Source of the DNA: Daphnia carinata
Taxonomy: Eukaryota
NCBI RefSeq assembly: GCF_022539665.2
Contig: NC_081331.1
Span: 7,874,001-7,938,000 of the forward strand
DNA length: 64,000 bases
Direction of reading: 5' to 3'
Within the stretch, counting starts at the first letter, position 1. The number at the start of each line of letters is the position of its first letter. Of the stretch, positions 38,049-55,506 are shown piece after piece. The translations under genes and the position numbers were made by a program. A model generated the notes under the pieces. It did no database searches. It was given only the letters and a program-made list of their open reading frames with translations, and was not told where the DNA came from.

Positions 38049-39001
38049 TCTCTATTCAGTTCTGCATTGGAATGGGGGCCAATGATTGGTGGACCAATCA
38101 TTGTGGGTGCCATCATCATCATACCAACGCTTGACGTTTCGAGTTGTAATTGCTTACAGACTCTTGGTACTAGTTCCCAACATTGGGAGGGTACCATACC
38201 CAGTCATTGTTCAAGTGCCGCTACGTTAAAGATGTTCACGCAACTATTATATACCGTGAATGACGACCCCAAACCATGTTGATAACGCTAGCGGGCATTT
38301 TCCGTCTTAAACTAATTCTCATTTAAATTCAGTGAAACTATTGCACAATGTAATAAATGAACTGTATTCAGAAAATAGTGATAAACAACATCCAAGGTAA
38401 TTATAAACAAAACACTTGAGTAAATGTTTAAAATTTTCAATTATTATGTAGCACTCACGAATTAGGGCGTGGCATCCGCACCGTTAATGACATGCAAGAA
38501 TACTCCATATCACCTTGCGGCCGATTTTGGCACTAGTGCATTCATGCATTGGCTTGGTGCTATTCTAGTTGTGAAGGGAAAGTAAGTTAAAGCTAATGTA
38601 GGTTTGTCATTATTTATTTTTTGCATTCATATCCAAACGTATAAGTAGCCCTGCATGCAGCTCATCGCGTCTGTTGGGCCATAATACTTTAACAATCACG
38701 GTTTCTAAATTTCCGCTTTGGAAAACAATGACCTTATGCCACATTCCCAGGACTTATCAAGTCTAGTTGATAATGGTTGTTCGTAATTACAATCCATTCA
38801 GTTGTCACCATGAATATTCCACAAAGGATTTTTTGAACGTTAGTTACCTTTTGGGTTATGCGTTAAAGATTGAGTCTACATGTTCAGGTATAATACATAT
38901 GCATATGCATGCAAGTATATACATAAAATACATATGCAAACGTTGAATAATCAAAGAAGTTTGATGTTTCACGCTAGCGCTGTAGCGTACTGGCGCGCTA
39001 G
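38049..39001 (+). mobile_element. Candidate Helitron, copy 4
   Basis: Near-identical to copy 1. Confidence 0.55.
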
Positions 39002-39159
39002 TAATGGTTTCGTTTCGCACACACATTTATTTCATATTTTAGATTACTCCAAAAGTATAAACTCTACGTAAAGACAAATTCCATTTTCATGTTCCTTGAG
39101 TAATTTTTAATCAGAATCATCTATAGTTATCTAGATTCAATGCTATTATTTTTTAATAG

Positions 39160-39718
39160 GAAAAAATTTTAAGCCCGACAATATAAGCGCGGGCTTATTT
39201 TTTAACCCAACTTTACCGTTTTTTACGTTTTATTAAAAAACTTTGAGTCCCACGAGAACACAATCCTCACAATCGTGATCCCCGTTCAATTCTGCATCGA
39301 AACCATGTATTTAAAGCGAAATCTAACATTTTGTCAAAATTGCTAAGAGAGAAGGCCTTCTCACTTTTGTCAAAATCGGAAAAAATCGAAATCTCTCGGA
39401 ATGCGATGAAAATCCCACAGTATAACCCTATTTTAACGCGGATTCAGAAAAAACCATTTGTTTTATTTTCAAGTAAGCCGTTTTTGAAATAATCGTAATT
39501 TAAAGATAAAGTCGGGCTTATTTTTTTAAACCCAACTTCCCCGTTTTTTACGTTTTATTAAAACACTATGAGTTCCACGAGAAAACAACCCTCATATTCG
39601 TGATGCCCGTTCAATTCTGCATCGAAACCACGTATTTAAAGCGAAATCTAAAATTTTGCCAAAATTGCAAAAGTGAGAAGGCCTTCTCGCTTTTCCATTT
39701 TTCCTCAAATCCTAGATT
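39160..39718. mobile_element. MITE copy 4, right-truncated
   Basis: Matches copy 1 up to CCTAGATT, then filler DNA. Confidence 0.7.
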
Positions 39719-39752
39719 ATGTGTGTATTACTATTATCCTAGATTATTATTG

Positions 39753-40270
39753 TATGCTGCACCAAGCTACTATGCAGAAGCCCCGAAGTACTACACTACC
39801 ACCTACGCCGCTCCTTCTTATTACACTGAGGCTTCGCAGTACTACGCTACAAAGGCTACCGAGTACAGAACAACGTATGCTTCGCCAAATTACTATACCG
39901 AGCCCACCAAGAACTATTCTACTACTTATGCTGCTCCGGTTTACTACACCGAAGCTCCACACTACTACAGCACAAAGACCGCTGAATACTAGACTACTGC
40001 TGCTCCAGAGTATTACACGAAGAAAACTGAGTATTGTACAACCACTTACGCAGCTCCAGCTTACTACACTGAGGCCCCCATGTATTACAAGACTGGGGCC
40101 CCTCAATACTACACTACAAAGGCGTCCGAGAACTAGACCATAACGTATGCCGCACCAATTTATTACACTGAAGCTCCAGCATACTACACAACAACCTATG
40201 CCAGTCCTAGCTACTACACCGAGGCACAGGAGTACTATTCAGCTCCAACGTCGTCCATCATGTTCGATGA
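39753..40270 (+). pseudogene. Tyr/Thr repeat protein, diverged paralog fragment with in-frame stops
   Basis: [21 protein letters not shown] repeats with TAG stops (e.g. 39990-39992). The 3' flank is homologous to ~15950-16410. Confidence 0.8.
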
Positions 40271-41338
40271 TAGGAGAATTAGATTTTGTTTTATTTGCAG
40301 TCCTCGTTCCAAGATGAATATTTCCCTGCCGTGTATTTATGCATTAACTAGTCTAAACGAATGTGATTTATAAATAAAATGTTGAATACAGCTATAATGT
40401 CGTTGCCGAATCTATTTGTTTTTAGTCTTTATTACATAAAGCGGATGAAGGCGTTTTTAGTATGTGTTTGTACAACATTGTAATTGCTGAACACAGTATA
40501 CAATTGGTATTTATAGATATGCTCGCAATTTATATATTCAGTTGAGTCGCATTGATTCGTTATGTTAGCCCTACGGCATTGTGTAGTTGATGTGGTTAAA
40601 ATCCATTTATCTTTCCGTTGGTAGTTCAATATAGCAGAATGAAATGTGATTTTTTTTTCAGTTTGCATTTACAACGCTAATGGCTATTTCCTAGTTTCAA
40701 TCTGAAAATGCCTATGTTAAGGTAATGCTCAAATATTCGGCAGAGATAGAAGTTTCGGTTTGCCAGTTTTGATTTTAGTTATTAGGAAAATAGTAAAAAT
40801 GGTTGCGCAAAGCACTTGACTGACATGCTAGTATCCTCCAGAACTGTCACGATCTTGGCCCGGATCATATTGCTGTACCATATGATCCCCATCGTGACAT
40901 CAGCTGAAAGTAGCAGTAAATAGTACTAGTAAATACATATACACACCTTTGCAACAATGCTGGACGTAACAAAGTTCATTTTGTAAGAAATAAAATAGAA
41001 ATATTGACTCTACTGTTGAAACGTTTGAAAATTTTTAAACAACAGGTGCCTTCTTTTCAGTTGGTTCTAAGATCTGGAGAAAAAATCGTGATCAGGTATG
41101 AAATAATTTCATAATTGCCAGTACGACATCTGGATCCACATTAGTTTTTGCTTGGTGCTTCATTCAATGGAATAACAATAGTTCATTGGGATGGGGAAGA
41201 TAATTATATTTTTGTTCGATATTTGAAAATACATACGATAGGTGCGGTGACAGGTAGGGTAGGAATAGTGGTTGTTATGTCAGGATGAACAGATGGATTG
41301 TTTGGGCTCAAAAGAAGAATCAGGATGATAGGAAACCG

Positions 41339-41345
41339 TATAAAA
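41339..41345 (+). promoter_or_regulatory. TATA box of the Tyr/Thr repeat gene
   Basis: TATAAAA about 120 bp upstream of the ATG at 41462. Confidence 0.55.
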
Positions 41346-41461
41346 CGAGGTCAAATCGACGGTAGAGGTTAGCCGAGTGAGCAGCTCTGACACTGTGTAC
41401 TACTAGCAGTCTTTCAAATACCAATACCAGAGTTAGTGTGTTACAGTTCCGACCTGCAATC

Positions 41462-42608
41462 ATGAGTAATGTACACACTTCAACTTGTTTAATGATTTTA
41501 GTTAATGTGATGATGCAATTGTTGATAAAATTGATGTTTGAACGAGGCGAAGTGCTTCTTTATTTTTGTTTTAAGAACTTCAATGTCATAATGGAATTAT
41601 GAAAATTAATGTTTTTGTTTTTCGTCAGGTTACTATGGCAGTATGCTGCTACCAGCTGTCGTCTTCCTGATGACTGGATCGACCTTAGGTGTGCCAATGG
41701 CTTCATCTTATGGATACGGTAGTTATTCATGCCAGACAACCACTGCTGCGCCGTACTACGTTACAAAGGCGGCCGAGTACTACACCACAACATATGTGGC
41801 CCCTACTTACTACAGCGATGCGCCCAAACATTACAGCACCAAGGAACTTGAATACTACACCACCACATATGCTTCTCCAACTTACTGTACGGAGGCCTCG
41901 AAATACTACTCCGCACCGAGCTATTACACAGAAGCGCCAGTGTATTACGCAACAACATATGCCACTCCAAGTTACTACACCGTAACTCCCACCCACTATA
42001 CCACAAATGCCTGACCTGGCCTCTGACGCGACAGCTTATGCTTCCCCGGCTTACTACACTGAGACCTCAAAATGTTACTCAGCTCCAAGTTACGCAACAA
42101 CTGTGTCTTACTACCACTACAGAGGCGCCCAAGTACTACGTAGCTCCAACATACTACGCCACAGCTTCCCCATATTATTACGATGAGACGACCTACTACA
42201 CTGAAACCCGAAGTCTTACGCTGCCCAAAGTTACTGCGTGGAACCTACTAACTACACCACAACTTATGCTGCCCCGTCTTATTACACTACCACTTACGCA
42301 GCTCCAGCTTACTACGCTAAGGCCCCCACGTATTAAAAAACTGAGGCCACAGAATACTACACTACGAAGGCTCCCGAGTACTACAAAACAACGTGTGCTG
42401 CACAAAATTATTACACTGAAGCTCCAGTATACTACACAACAACCTATGCCAGTCCTAACTACTACACCGGGGCACAGAAGTATTACTCAGCTCCAACCTA
42501 CTACCAAACTGAATCCTCCAAATACTACACCACAAAAGCGCCAGAGTACTACACAACAACGTACGCCACTCCCAGCTATTACACTGAGCGACTAAAGTGT
42601 TATTAATT
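41462..42608 (+). pseudogene. Secreted Tyr/Thr repeat protein gene with intact 5' end, then premature stop and frameshifts
   Basis: Micro-exon ATG A (41462-41465), intron to 41628, then SYYGSMLLPAVVFLMTGSTLGVP (signal-peptide-like). TGA at 42012-42014. Repeats continue in shifting frames. Confidence 0.75.
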
Positions 42609-43334
42609 GTGAAAGTTGCGCTGTCCGTCGTGGCAAATGACAATCATTTTTGCGCGTTTTGCTTATATGCAAATGCGAAGACAATCACGCGCTATTAACT
42701 GGAACCAATTGTAAACTACCGTGGCGTCTGAGCAACTAAAGAAAAGACACGCGTTCAAACATTTGCCAGCGTGTTTTCTTTTTTTTTTTTTTAAACAAGA
42801 AGACGACGTTACCCCAGGTGGTCGCATTTGAATATGCGCATTCTGACCCAAACGCTAAGTATACAGTTAGCGCATATTATGCCGAATGTTGTTTCTTTCT
42901 GTTAAGTGAAAAACGCCAGAATTATTTGCCCGTCTTTTTCTTCGTCTGTTGACCGCTCCCAACAGTAGTTGTTGCGCAATCGAAATAGACGATCCACCCC
43001 CCCCCCCCCTCACATATCAGCATATACGCAAACGTAGCTGATCCCCTAAAAACATTCAATTTAAATACAGCCTGTTCCGATTTTCTATAAACATTCCGCT
43101 ATGATTCTTATAGAGAACGCGCAATGATAGGCTCAGGCTAAATTAATACTCTTTTATTTAAAAAAAAAAACGTTCGCCGCGAAACGATATAAATAAAATT
43201 TAAATTTGTATACCCAATTTTGACGATCATCGTCTAGCGGGCGCAAACAGCGAAAGGAAACGGTGACGGCGTTAAAACTGGGGAGATGGATGTCCTCGTT
43301 ACGGTGGCCACGATCGGATCTTTCTTCTTCTTTT

Positions 43335-44137
43335 TATTGTGCCATCGAACTGGAAAATGGAACAATTTGCGTTCGTCCGTTGATGGTGGACATCACGTAG
43401 GGAAACGGACTACGTTACTTTTTGACGAGTACAGCCCATTAAGAAGAAACTGGCCGTCCTTGTCACTGCCGTCCTAGACACAACGTCTGTTACGCAATCA
43501 AAAATATGAATGAAATTAAAATGAAGTTAATTAACGTGTTTACGTGTGATGGTGACGTTGACGGAAGTCGCTGGATTGAAAAATGCATTGCCTATTTTGG
43601 AGAAATAGCCCGGCTGTTTCCTCCTGATGGATGATGTTCTCGGCATCCATGACTCGTCGTGCGTGGGTAAGTGGAATGAACGATCGTTCGGCCAATCAGG
43701 TGATGTAAACAAAGGCGTTGCTTCGACGCTGTACAACGATGTCGGTTGATTTTGATATTGCAACTGAATTGTTTTGGAATTCATTTATACCGTAATGTTT
43801 GTGTTGGCATGAATTGTGTAAGCGGATGGTAGAACTCGTTTGTCAGCGGATAGAGTGGCCCATTCATCATCAGGAGGACGTGCTGCTAAATGGCGAATCT
43901 TCACCGTTGGCGACATCTTCCTGTTACGTTCACCAGTTTTACGCAGATCAACTTGAATGGATATGAACAAAAATGATCAATCAACGGATGATTGTTTCGT
44001 CAATTCGTTTTTTTTTTTGCAAAAAACTTACGTTACTTGTGAAATCAATTGTCGTGCTGATTGTTCTCGACTCGGTGTAGGTGGGCGTCCGCTGTCCATC
44101 GACCACCAACGTCGTGATCAACTAAACGATAATCACC
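43335..44137 (-). pseudogene. Degenerate lineage-specific secreted protein (three apparent exons)
   Basis: Hydrophobic VIIV*LITTLVVDG start, a long exon (ORFs 43785-43970 and 43527-43784 separated by one stop) and a terminal TAVTRTASFFLMGCT..SPFPY. The last motif recalls a Daphnia-expanded family. Confidence 0.4.
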
Positions 44138-46239
44138 TGCAAAATGTACTTCAAAACTGAAAATGAGTGATAGATAGCAACCTGCCTTCTCAGACGCTTT
44201 CGTACTTTCTGTTACTCACATCGGTCGCTCTTTGCCCTTTTTATGTATCGCCGATTGGTCCCACAGCCAACAGGTACATCACATTTTTGAATCCTATTGT
44301 TTTTTGTTGAAGGTAACAAATCGTTTCATTTTTTGTGGTTCTTTTTGCTTCGTACAACGAGTCCTCTCTTCGAAACGTTGGCCAATTGGATCGACCTGAT
44401 GCCCAGTGGACATCAATCGTGTAGCCGATAACAAACCTCACGTGTTTAAACATGCACAGCCGATCTGGTGGTGACATTTCCGGGTCTTTGACACCCTCTG
44501 TGCACCGCGTCCGACGACCTACGTAATATTTTGATCGATCACTGTTCTTTCTTGCGTACCGCGGGATGTCCCTGCATTAGCAAGTGTCGGTATGTGATTA
44601 ACACGACGTGTGTATACGCACGCGGTTAAAACAACAACGCTGTCCGCTTTCATAACGCAGGTGTCCCCGTAATTTAAGTGGCTATTTAAAGAACAAACGT
44701 TTTCTGCCTCTGTACGTGCTTGCTTAACCCACAGTTCCCTATGCACACATCCGTTTCACGCAGGCGTGAATGTGCGGGACGTGTGTATGGACTGTAATTG
44801 TTTTGGAGAAAGGGAGCCGCGCTGTTCGATATTAGCCCAAGACGTTGGTGTGTTATGCTAAATAAAAAATTGCGTGGGACTATTGAAATGGTTAACTATT
44901 GTTTGAAACTCCCGATCGTGTGCACCTCAAGCATTGGGCGATTCCTAGAAATGCAACAATCGAACAAAGGCGGCTCGAATCAAAGCGTATTTAAATTTTT
45001 TGCAAATTTTTTCTAGCATAAATGAGATTTTGTATAATAAGCAACGCAGCAAGTTCAAATGATAATCAGTTTCAAAAAATAATCACGGCTAAATGTGGTC
45101 TGGAACTGGCCATTGCCGTGCTCCTTTGTTGCCCGTATAGGCCGAGAGAGCCCCCCCCCCCCCCCCCCCCAAAAAAAAAAAAGTCGGAACATTGCATTCG
45201 AACTTAATTTCGAATGCAACTGTTGCTGGTTGCTATCACTCGATCAACTGTCCCGACTTTTTTTTTTCTTACATCTAACTTACATCTAATTAATATCTAA
45301 CTTACATCTACAACCATATGCTGTTTCATCAAGTCTTTTATAGTGCCCCATAGATGATCGAAACCAGCTGCATCTCATTTTGGCGTCAATCGACCTTGGC
45401 AGTTGAATTTCGCAAACACGGTGTGCGATATTGACGATTATAAAAATGAACTGTATTCGGAAATTGCTATTTTACTTATTATACACAATTTTATTTATGT
45501 TGGAAAAAATTTAATAGAAAAAAATTGCTACAACAGAAACTGAAAGTGGTGCAATCACGGATCGTGACTCGTTTGAACGTTACGCGGAACAATAGGCTAT
45601 GGAATTCAATCCATTTCATTCGTTCTAAATAACTAAATAAATAAATTACTAAATATGAATAAATCGTGTGATTTATCTCTGCCTGATAGATGACTCCATT
45701 TTACTAAAGCGTACCGTTGCCGGTCAAATGCATCAAGCGAGTCAGCTGTTCAGCGTTCGTGAATCCCGCTGTTTTATTTCCCTTGCTGATCCTTCCCATT
45801 TCGGAAGTTAAAAACAAACAAAACAAAACTATTTGTTTGTTAAAACGGTATACCCGTTGGTTTATTTAAAGTGTCCATCTGTTGGTCAGCTTACCCTTTG
45901 AGCAATTACACCGAATGTACCGTTAGGTAACCAACGGGAGCTGAGCATGAGTCTTTGACACGTTGCGCCATCTAACGCTGCCTTGTTACTTCACCATTCA
46001 CAAACCATTTCCCGTTATCCGCGTTCAAGAAAATAAAAACAGAGTTCTTTAGATGGGACATGCACATTTAGCCTGAAGGATAACAGAAACCTTTAACGAC
46101 ATATAGTCCGAACGGTCCCGCACACCACCCGCTGGCCCCGTGCAACTGACGGGCCTCGTCAAACGTAAGAAAATCCAGATCCCATGACGTGTCTGTGCAT
46201 TTGGTATAACACTAAACATGTGTTATAATTGTTGTTACT

Positions 46240-46880
46240 TTGTTTAAAAATGTTTGGTTCGATATCTTTGATGCAAACTTCTCTCGTGATCGCATATTGT
46301 ATTCTGTCCTGGAACAAGGCATCGATGGCGGGACTCCTGGCTGACAAAATAGCTAGCAAAATAGGCGCCGATTTGCTCGTCTTGTTCGGGTGTGTCGAAA
46401 TGGAATGTAACATCGCAGTTCAACTGATTGACGAAGAAATGAGTGAATTGGATCTGTGCGTTAATCTCGCCAGCAGTTCTTGAAAAGTGGATCCAAACGG
46501 TGCAAGGAATTTCCATTTGTTCCAATTCCAAACGTGGAGATAGTAGCGGGCATTTTAACGGACTTCCATCCATCGACTCGGAGAGCATGGCTTCAAAACG
46601 AACGTCTGTCCTGCGTTGACGTTGGCCCAAACAGCAGTTCGCTTGCCGTAACTATCCTTGCAGCAAACGCAACGCGGTGACAGGGAGAGTTGGATCACAA
46701 ATTCAAAACCAGGTGGGGGTTTTCGCATTCACACGGTATGGTCCTGGCTGTTCGGACGCCAGAGAAAGATGAATGGAAAGTATTCCCGAAATGTGTTTGA
46801 AATGAAATCCCCCCCACCTTGGCTTGACTTCTCGTACTCGGTGGTGTTGAATGTCCCTTGAATTTTAAACGAACCATCGT
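46240..46880 (-). pseudogene. BTB/POZ-domain (SPOP/roadkill-like) pseudogene
   Basis: FVNQLNCDVTFHF...EQIGA / AILSARSPA..A.FQ...TREVCIKDIEPNIFKQ, split across two frames and truncated. Confidence 0.75.
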
Positions 46881-49411
46881 CTTATTCTGTTACCTGAAGA
46901 GGTGCCATTCCAAGGTATTTTTCGAAGTGTCAAAGCAGTTCTATGCAAATTTGCTGGACTGGATGCCGTATAGATTGCTAGACAAAAAACAAAAGTACAT
47001 TTTAAAGAGATGGAGGTTGACTGTTATTAAAATTTGAAATGAAATTACAAAGTGCTGGGAAGTAGCAACCTTTCAATCAGAACGTCGGCTCATTTCGTCT
47101 GATCATTCTAGTTGACCTTCTCTACTTAAGCGAGGGGCCGTTATAAAATGCCTAATAAAACGTGAAACAATACGTTTAGTGGCTAAGGTAAAAAATAAAA
47201 AAATGGCGTACAAGCAATGGAATAAATACGAACTTCGATTCTTTCCTCGTTAGACTGCTCAAACCTCTGTGTTATAGTCGAAGAGACAATGAAATACGAG
47301 ATATATGAGATAAGAGTGATCCTTGGTCGCTTGAAGTCGAGTTCACATCAGCGATAACAACGTAACCCTATCAGCGCGATAGTGATGAAAACGCCTAGGC
47401 TGCAATCCTTTGAAGATAAATTCCAAATTATCATTTAATTTCTGTGTGCAATTAAGCACGGTTGATATTGATAATCAAATTTCATTAGTTTTAAGTATTT
47501 ACCATTACCTTTGGGAATTTGTTGGAAACAGCATGAAAAAGCTGGGAACCATTCGCGTTTTACTGTTTCCTTGTTAATAGTTGATGGGGAAAACGAATTG
47601 ACCCAGTTGGAACAAGAACACCAAATGTGGGTATGGATGCTTTCCCCTTTGTATTTCGTGATAGTCATTAAATTGTCTTCAGATCTGTATATGTGGTTAG
47701 TGAATTTAGTTTTATAATTGTTTTTCTTTATTATGTTAAAATACCATGCAGCTGAACTCAGTAGCTACGAAGAACAGTGATATGTTGCCTATTGGAAAGA
47801 CGTCGTCAGAGGTTTCTCTTTTTTATAATCAATTTATCATATTCTTCTTTTGTTTTTAGTCTTATATTTGTTTTTATTTTGGCATGTACAGCCTGTAGAC
47901 GAAGATGAAGATGAAGAAGATGAGGAGGAACATGAAGATGATGACAGCGAAAGTCGTGAAGCAGAAGACAGTGATATAGACTCCTTTACTGTCAATGGGC
48001 CAAACTTTAATCGTGACCTTGGTGAAGGTCCACCTAGACTTGCCAACCTTACTATGGATCTCAGTGAATAAAAAGTCAAGCAATGTGCATTAGAGTTGCA
48101 TGTTTCATTAAAATTAAATGGTTAAAATGAAGTATGATCTCATTCAATTAAAACTTGATAATCGTTAAAACCTTGGTGAAGGCACCTAGACTTGTCAAAT
48201 ACTATTTCAGTGAATAAAAAGTCAAGCAATGTGCAAAGAGTCACTGTTTGCATGTTTCATTAAAATTAAAAAAAACTACATTTCAATTAAAGAATGATGA
48301 ACTGTTTGAAAGTTTAAAAAAATGCTGTCACTGTTTAAGTGAAAATATGCAATTTCAGTGGGAAATAGTCTTGTCAAATAATATTTTTCGATTCTTTAAA
48401 ACTTGAATAACAGTAATAACGAATCGTAATAACAATTATATCTAAGTTTAAAATGATTTACGGAGAAACGCTGCTTGACTCGAGTATTTCTTGATTGTAT
48501 GAGTTTCATCTAGTTATAAACAGGTATTTAACGTAAGGACGGGAAACTTTTTTGCTGTCTTGTATTTCTTTCTTACCGCCGTTTCGGATCATTTTGATAC
48601 AACCACTGAAGCGATTTGCTTGACGATTTGGTTCGTGTTTTCTTTGTTATTGCAGCAAAAGCGGATTACAAAATGGAGAGGTGACCAGAACCGACTTCGT
48701 TTTTTTTCCTTTTTCGTTTTTTTTTTTCCTTTTTCGTTTTTTTTTTTCCTTTTTCGTTTTTCCGACCTGCAAGTTGCCTGTGGTGGCAATAACGCTTTTA
48801 GTGTCGAAATAAACAATTGCCGTAGTACAAAATAGAGTTCAGAAAACGTTGTGTATTTGTAAAAAACACAAAAATAGAAAACAGGAATTTTTGAATTTTT
48901 TACAAAAAAGACAAAACAAACATGGAAAAATCATGGAACATGGACATTTTTTTCTAAGCCGAAAAGCAAGCATCACAACATACACAGCCACGTTACACGA
49001 CAACAGAAATCTAAAGCTTGTTTTTTTTTTTGTTTTTTTTTTCATTCGATTGTTTTTCGGAATTCGATCCTCCTCAAACATCTTGCAGATGCCAATGAAA
49101 TAATTTAACTATTTTTTGCGGCATTCAGCCACACGAAAAATTGCCTAAATATTGCGTGCCATTTCAAAAGGGCTTCGGCTTTAAAATATTTTAAGGACGC
49201 AATTTAGAAAAGAGGAAAAAGAAAAAAAAAAAAAAAACAAAAAAAAAAAGAAACGTAAATACACCAACAGGGACACATTTTCATTACCAGCTGTTACATT
49301 GGTGGCTTAATCAAATGCGACTCCCGTACTAAGAAAACAAAGTTTAATTTAAAATTCAACAGTTCCTCGTTAAACTTAACACTGAGATTCCATGATTGTT
49401 AACTTGATAGT

Positions 49412-53523
<4,112 letters not shown>

Positions 53524-55506
53524 AGGAAAAAAGTGATGTAAAATATCATACATGATTTGAATTTATGGGGTATTAATATACCATTGGCCTATCGAGCATT
53601 CCATATTGCACAGGTGTTCGGGAAGAATCACAATTGTACAAACTTTGTGCTACAACTTGCATATGGGCTTGCTGTTGTATTTGCTGAGGGTTCACAATTC
53701 CAAAGCTTACTTTGGCTCTACAGTTGCAAGAACAAGTTAGATATATATCAAGTTTTTCCTGATCTCAAATACAACTTCTAGTTTAAAATTTTATGGAAAC
53801 TAAAGGTGGTTGAAAATTTGTAACTTACATCTTCCTGATAACATCAGTTTCCCGATACTGTTCTTTAACCATAATGTAGCCTTATTTCTTAATTATCGTT
53901 CTTATTCAAAATTTCTTTGGCTAGAAAAAGCACTTGGTCCATCAAAACGCAAGAAACATATAAGGTGAGTTCAGCTCACGAGCTGAAAGGTTTTGACCTG
54001 TTCTTGACCGTTTTGACTGGTCTTCAGTGGTATCCGGCGTTGCCGGTATTACTTGTAACAAAAAGTAAATAAATAAATAAATAAAAAATCAAACACGATT
54101 TGCTAATGGCTGTTAAAACATTCGACTATTTCACTTATAATTATTGTATTATTTTTTATTTCTTTTAGCTATCGTGAATATATCTTATTGCATAGAACTG
54201 CAAACTGCACCCTTTATGCATAGTAAATAGACGTGTATTTTCTCTTTTCATCACGACGGCATCAAAGGAAAAAAAACGATTGAACAATAACCAAACGGAG
54301 AAGATGTATTCATATAGCGAGCTGCACTTTCTTGTATGACCATCAAATAACATATATATACTATATATATATATATTTATTTATATATATGCGTGGGGTG
54401 CACTGGCGGCGGCAAAGGGAAGTTTATCAAATGTATGGCAGCAGCCCACGGCAGCCGCAGAATTATATCCGCAAAGGCACGTGATTATCATCGACATAAA
54501 TCATCAAAACCAAGGCACACGGTCATAATGCACATGCAATAAATCAAAGAAACATGAAGGACGACACGGTGTAATTATTTCAAAACAATAAACGTCTTGT
54601 TTTCGCTTTTCTTCGTTCTTCCTTCAGTCGGCTGTTATTTCCGTTTTTAGGTCGGAACTTGACAGTTCCAGTCGAACCATTGCTTAAAAGAAAAAGAAAG
54701 AAAACAGCCAAACAACCGAGAACACGTGATGCAGAAGAAACAATCAAATTTTTCACTGGTGCGCTGCGGGAAGTGTGTTTGTTATAGAGATAAGAGCTGC
54801 CTGAATGATAATCAATCCTTTGGGACGTTCGAAACAAGTGAAAGACACTCGAACTCGGTGTAGCACTCGTCAAAGTTATTTTTTTTTTAATACCGACTGC
54901 TCTATCCCCTCCCCCCTCCAAGACGAAGTACAAAATGATACAATTCACTGTGTCACTATAGCCGAGTGTTTACGCATTCACTTATTGATCAAAGTTTTCA
55001 TTTTTGTAACGCAACGATCAACGAATTTGGCCGATCCAAATCCACCGAAAAATCCGATCCATCGTCTCACAATCTTGTTCTTTCGCAAACTGTTCAGCGG
55101 AGCCTTTAAGCCAACGCTTCTATCACGTAATGCGGACGCATTTTGGATTGCAGTTGGCGCCAAAACGGTCAACCATCTACCGGACGTTTGACGCAAAAAC
55201 CCAAGTTCACTGAAAAGTTGAACTAGAAGTTGATGCCATAATGGACATGGGCGTGAGGTTAACATTGAAAAATTAAATTAAGTTTTATTATGTTTTGGTT
55301 TCAGATTTTGTATTTAGAATTCCCGAAGTGCAATTGGACGATTAATCCTTTTACTTTTTTAGATACTAGACAAATAAGCACAATACATAATACGAAGTAC
55401 GAATATGAAAGATCCTTACATCCAGACCCTACATGACAGTGGCTTACATTCCCTATGCCTACATCAGGATAAGGATGAACACTCGCGCGTTAGAATTGGA
55501 ATATAA

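Noticed and set aside
46134..46157. GGCCCCGT...ACGGGCC hairpin as a Helitron 3' end
   Set aside because: No CTRR terminus at the expected distance.
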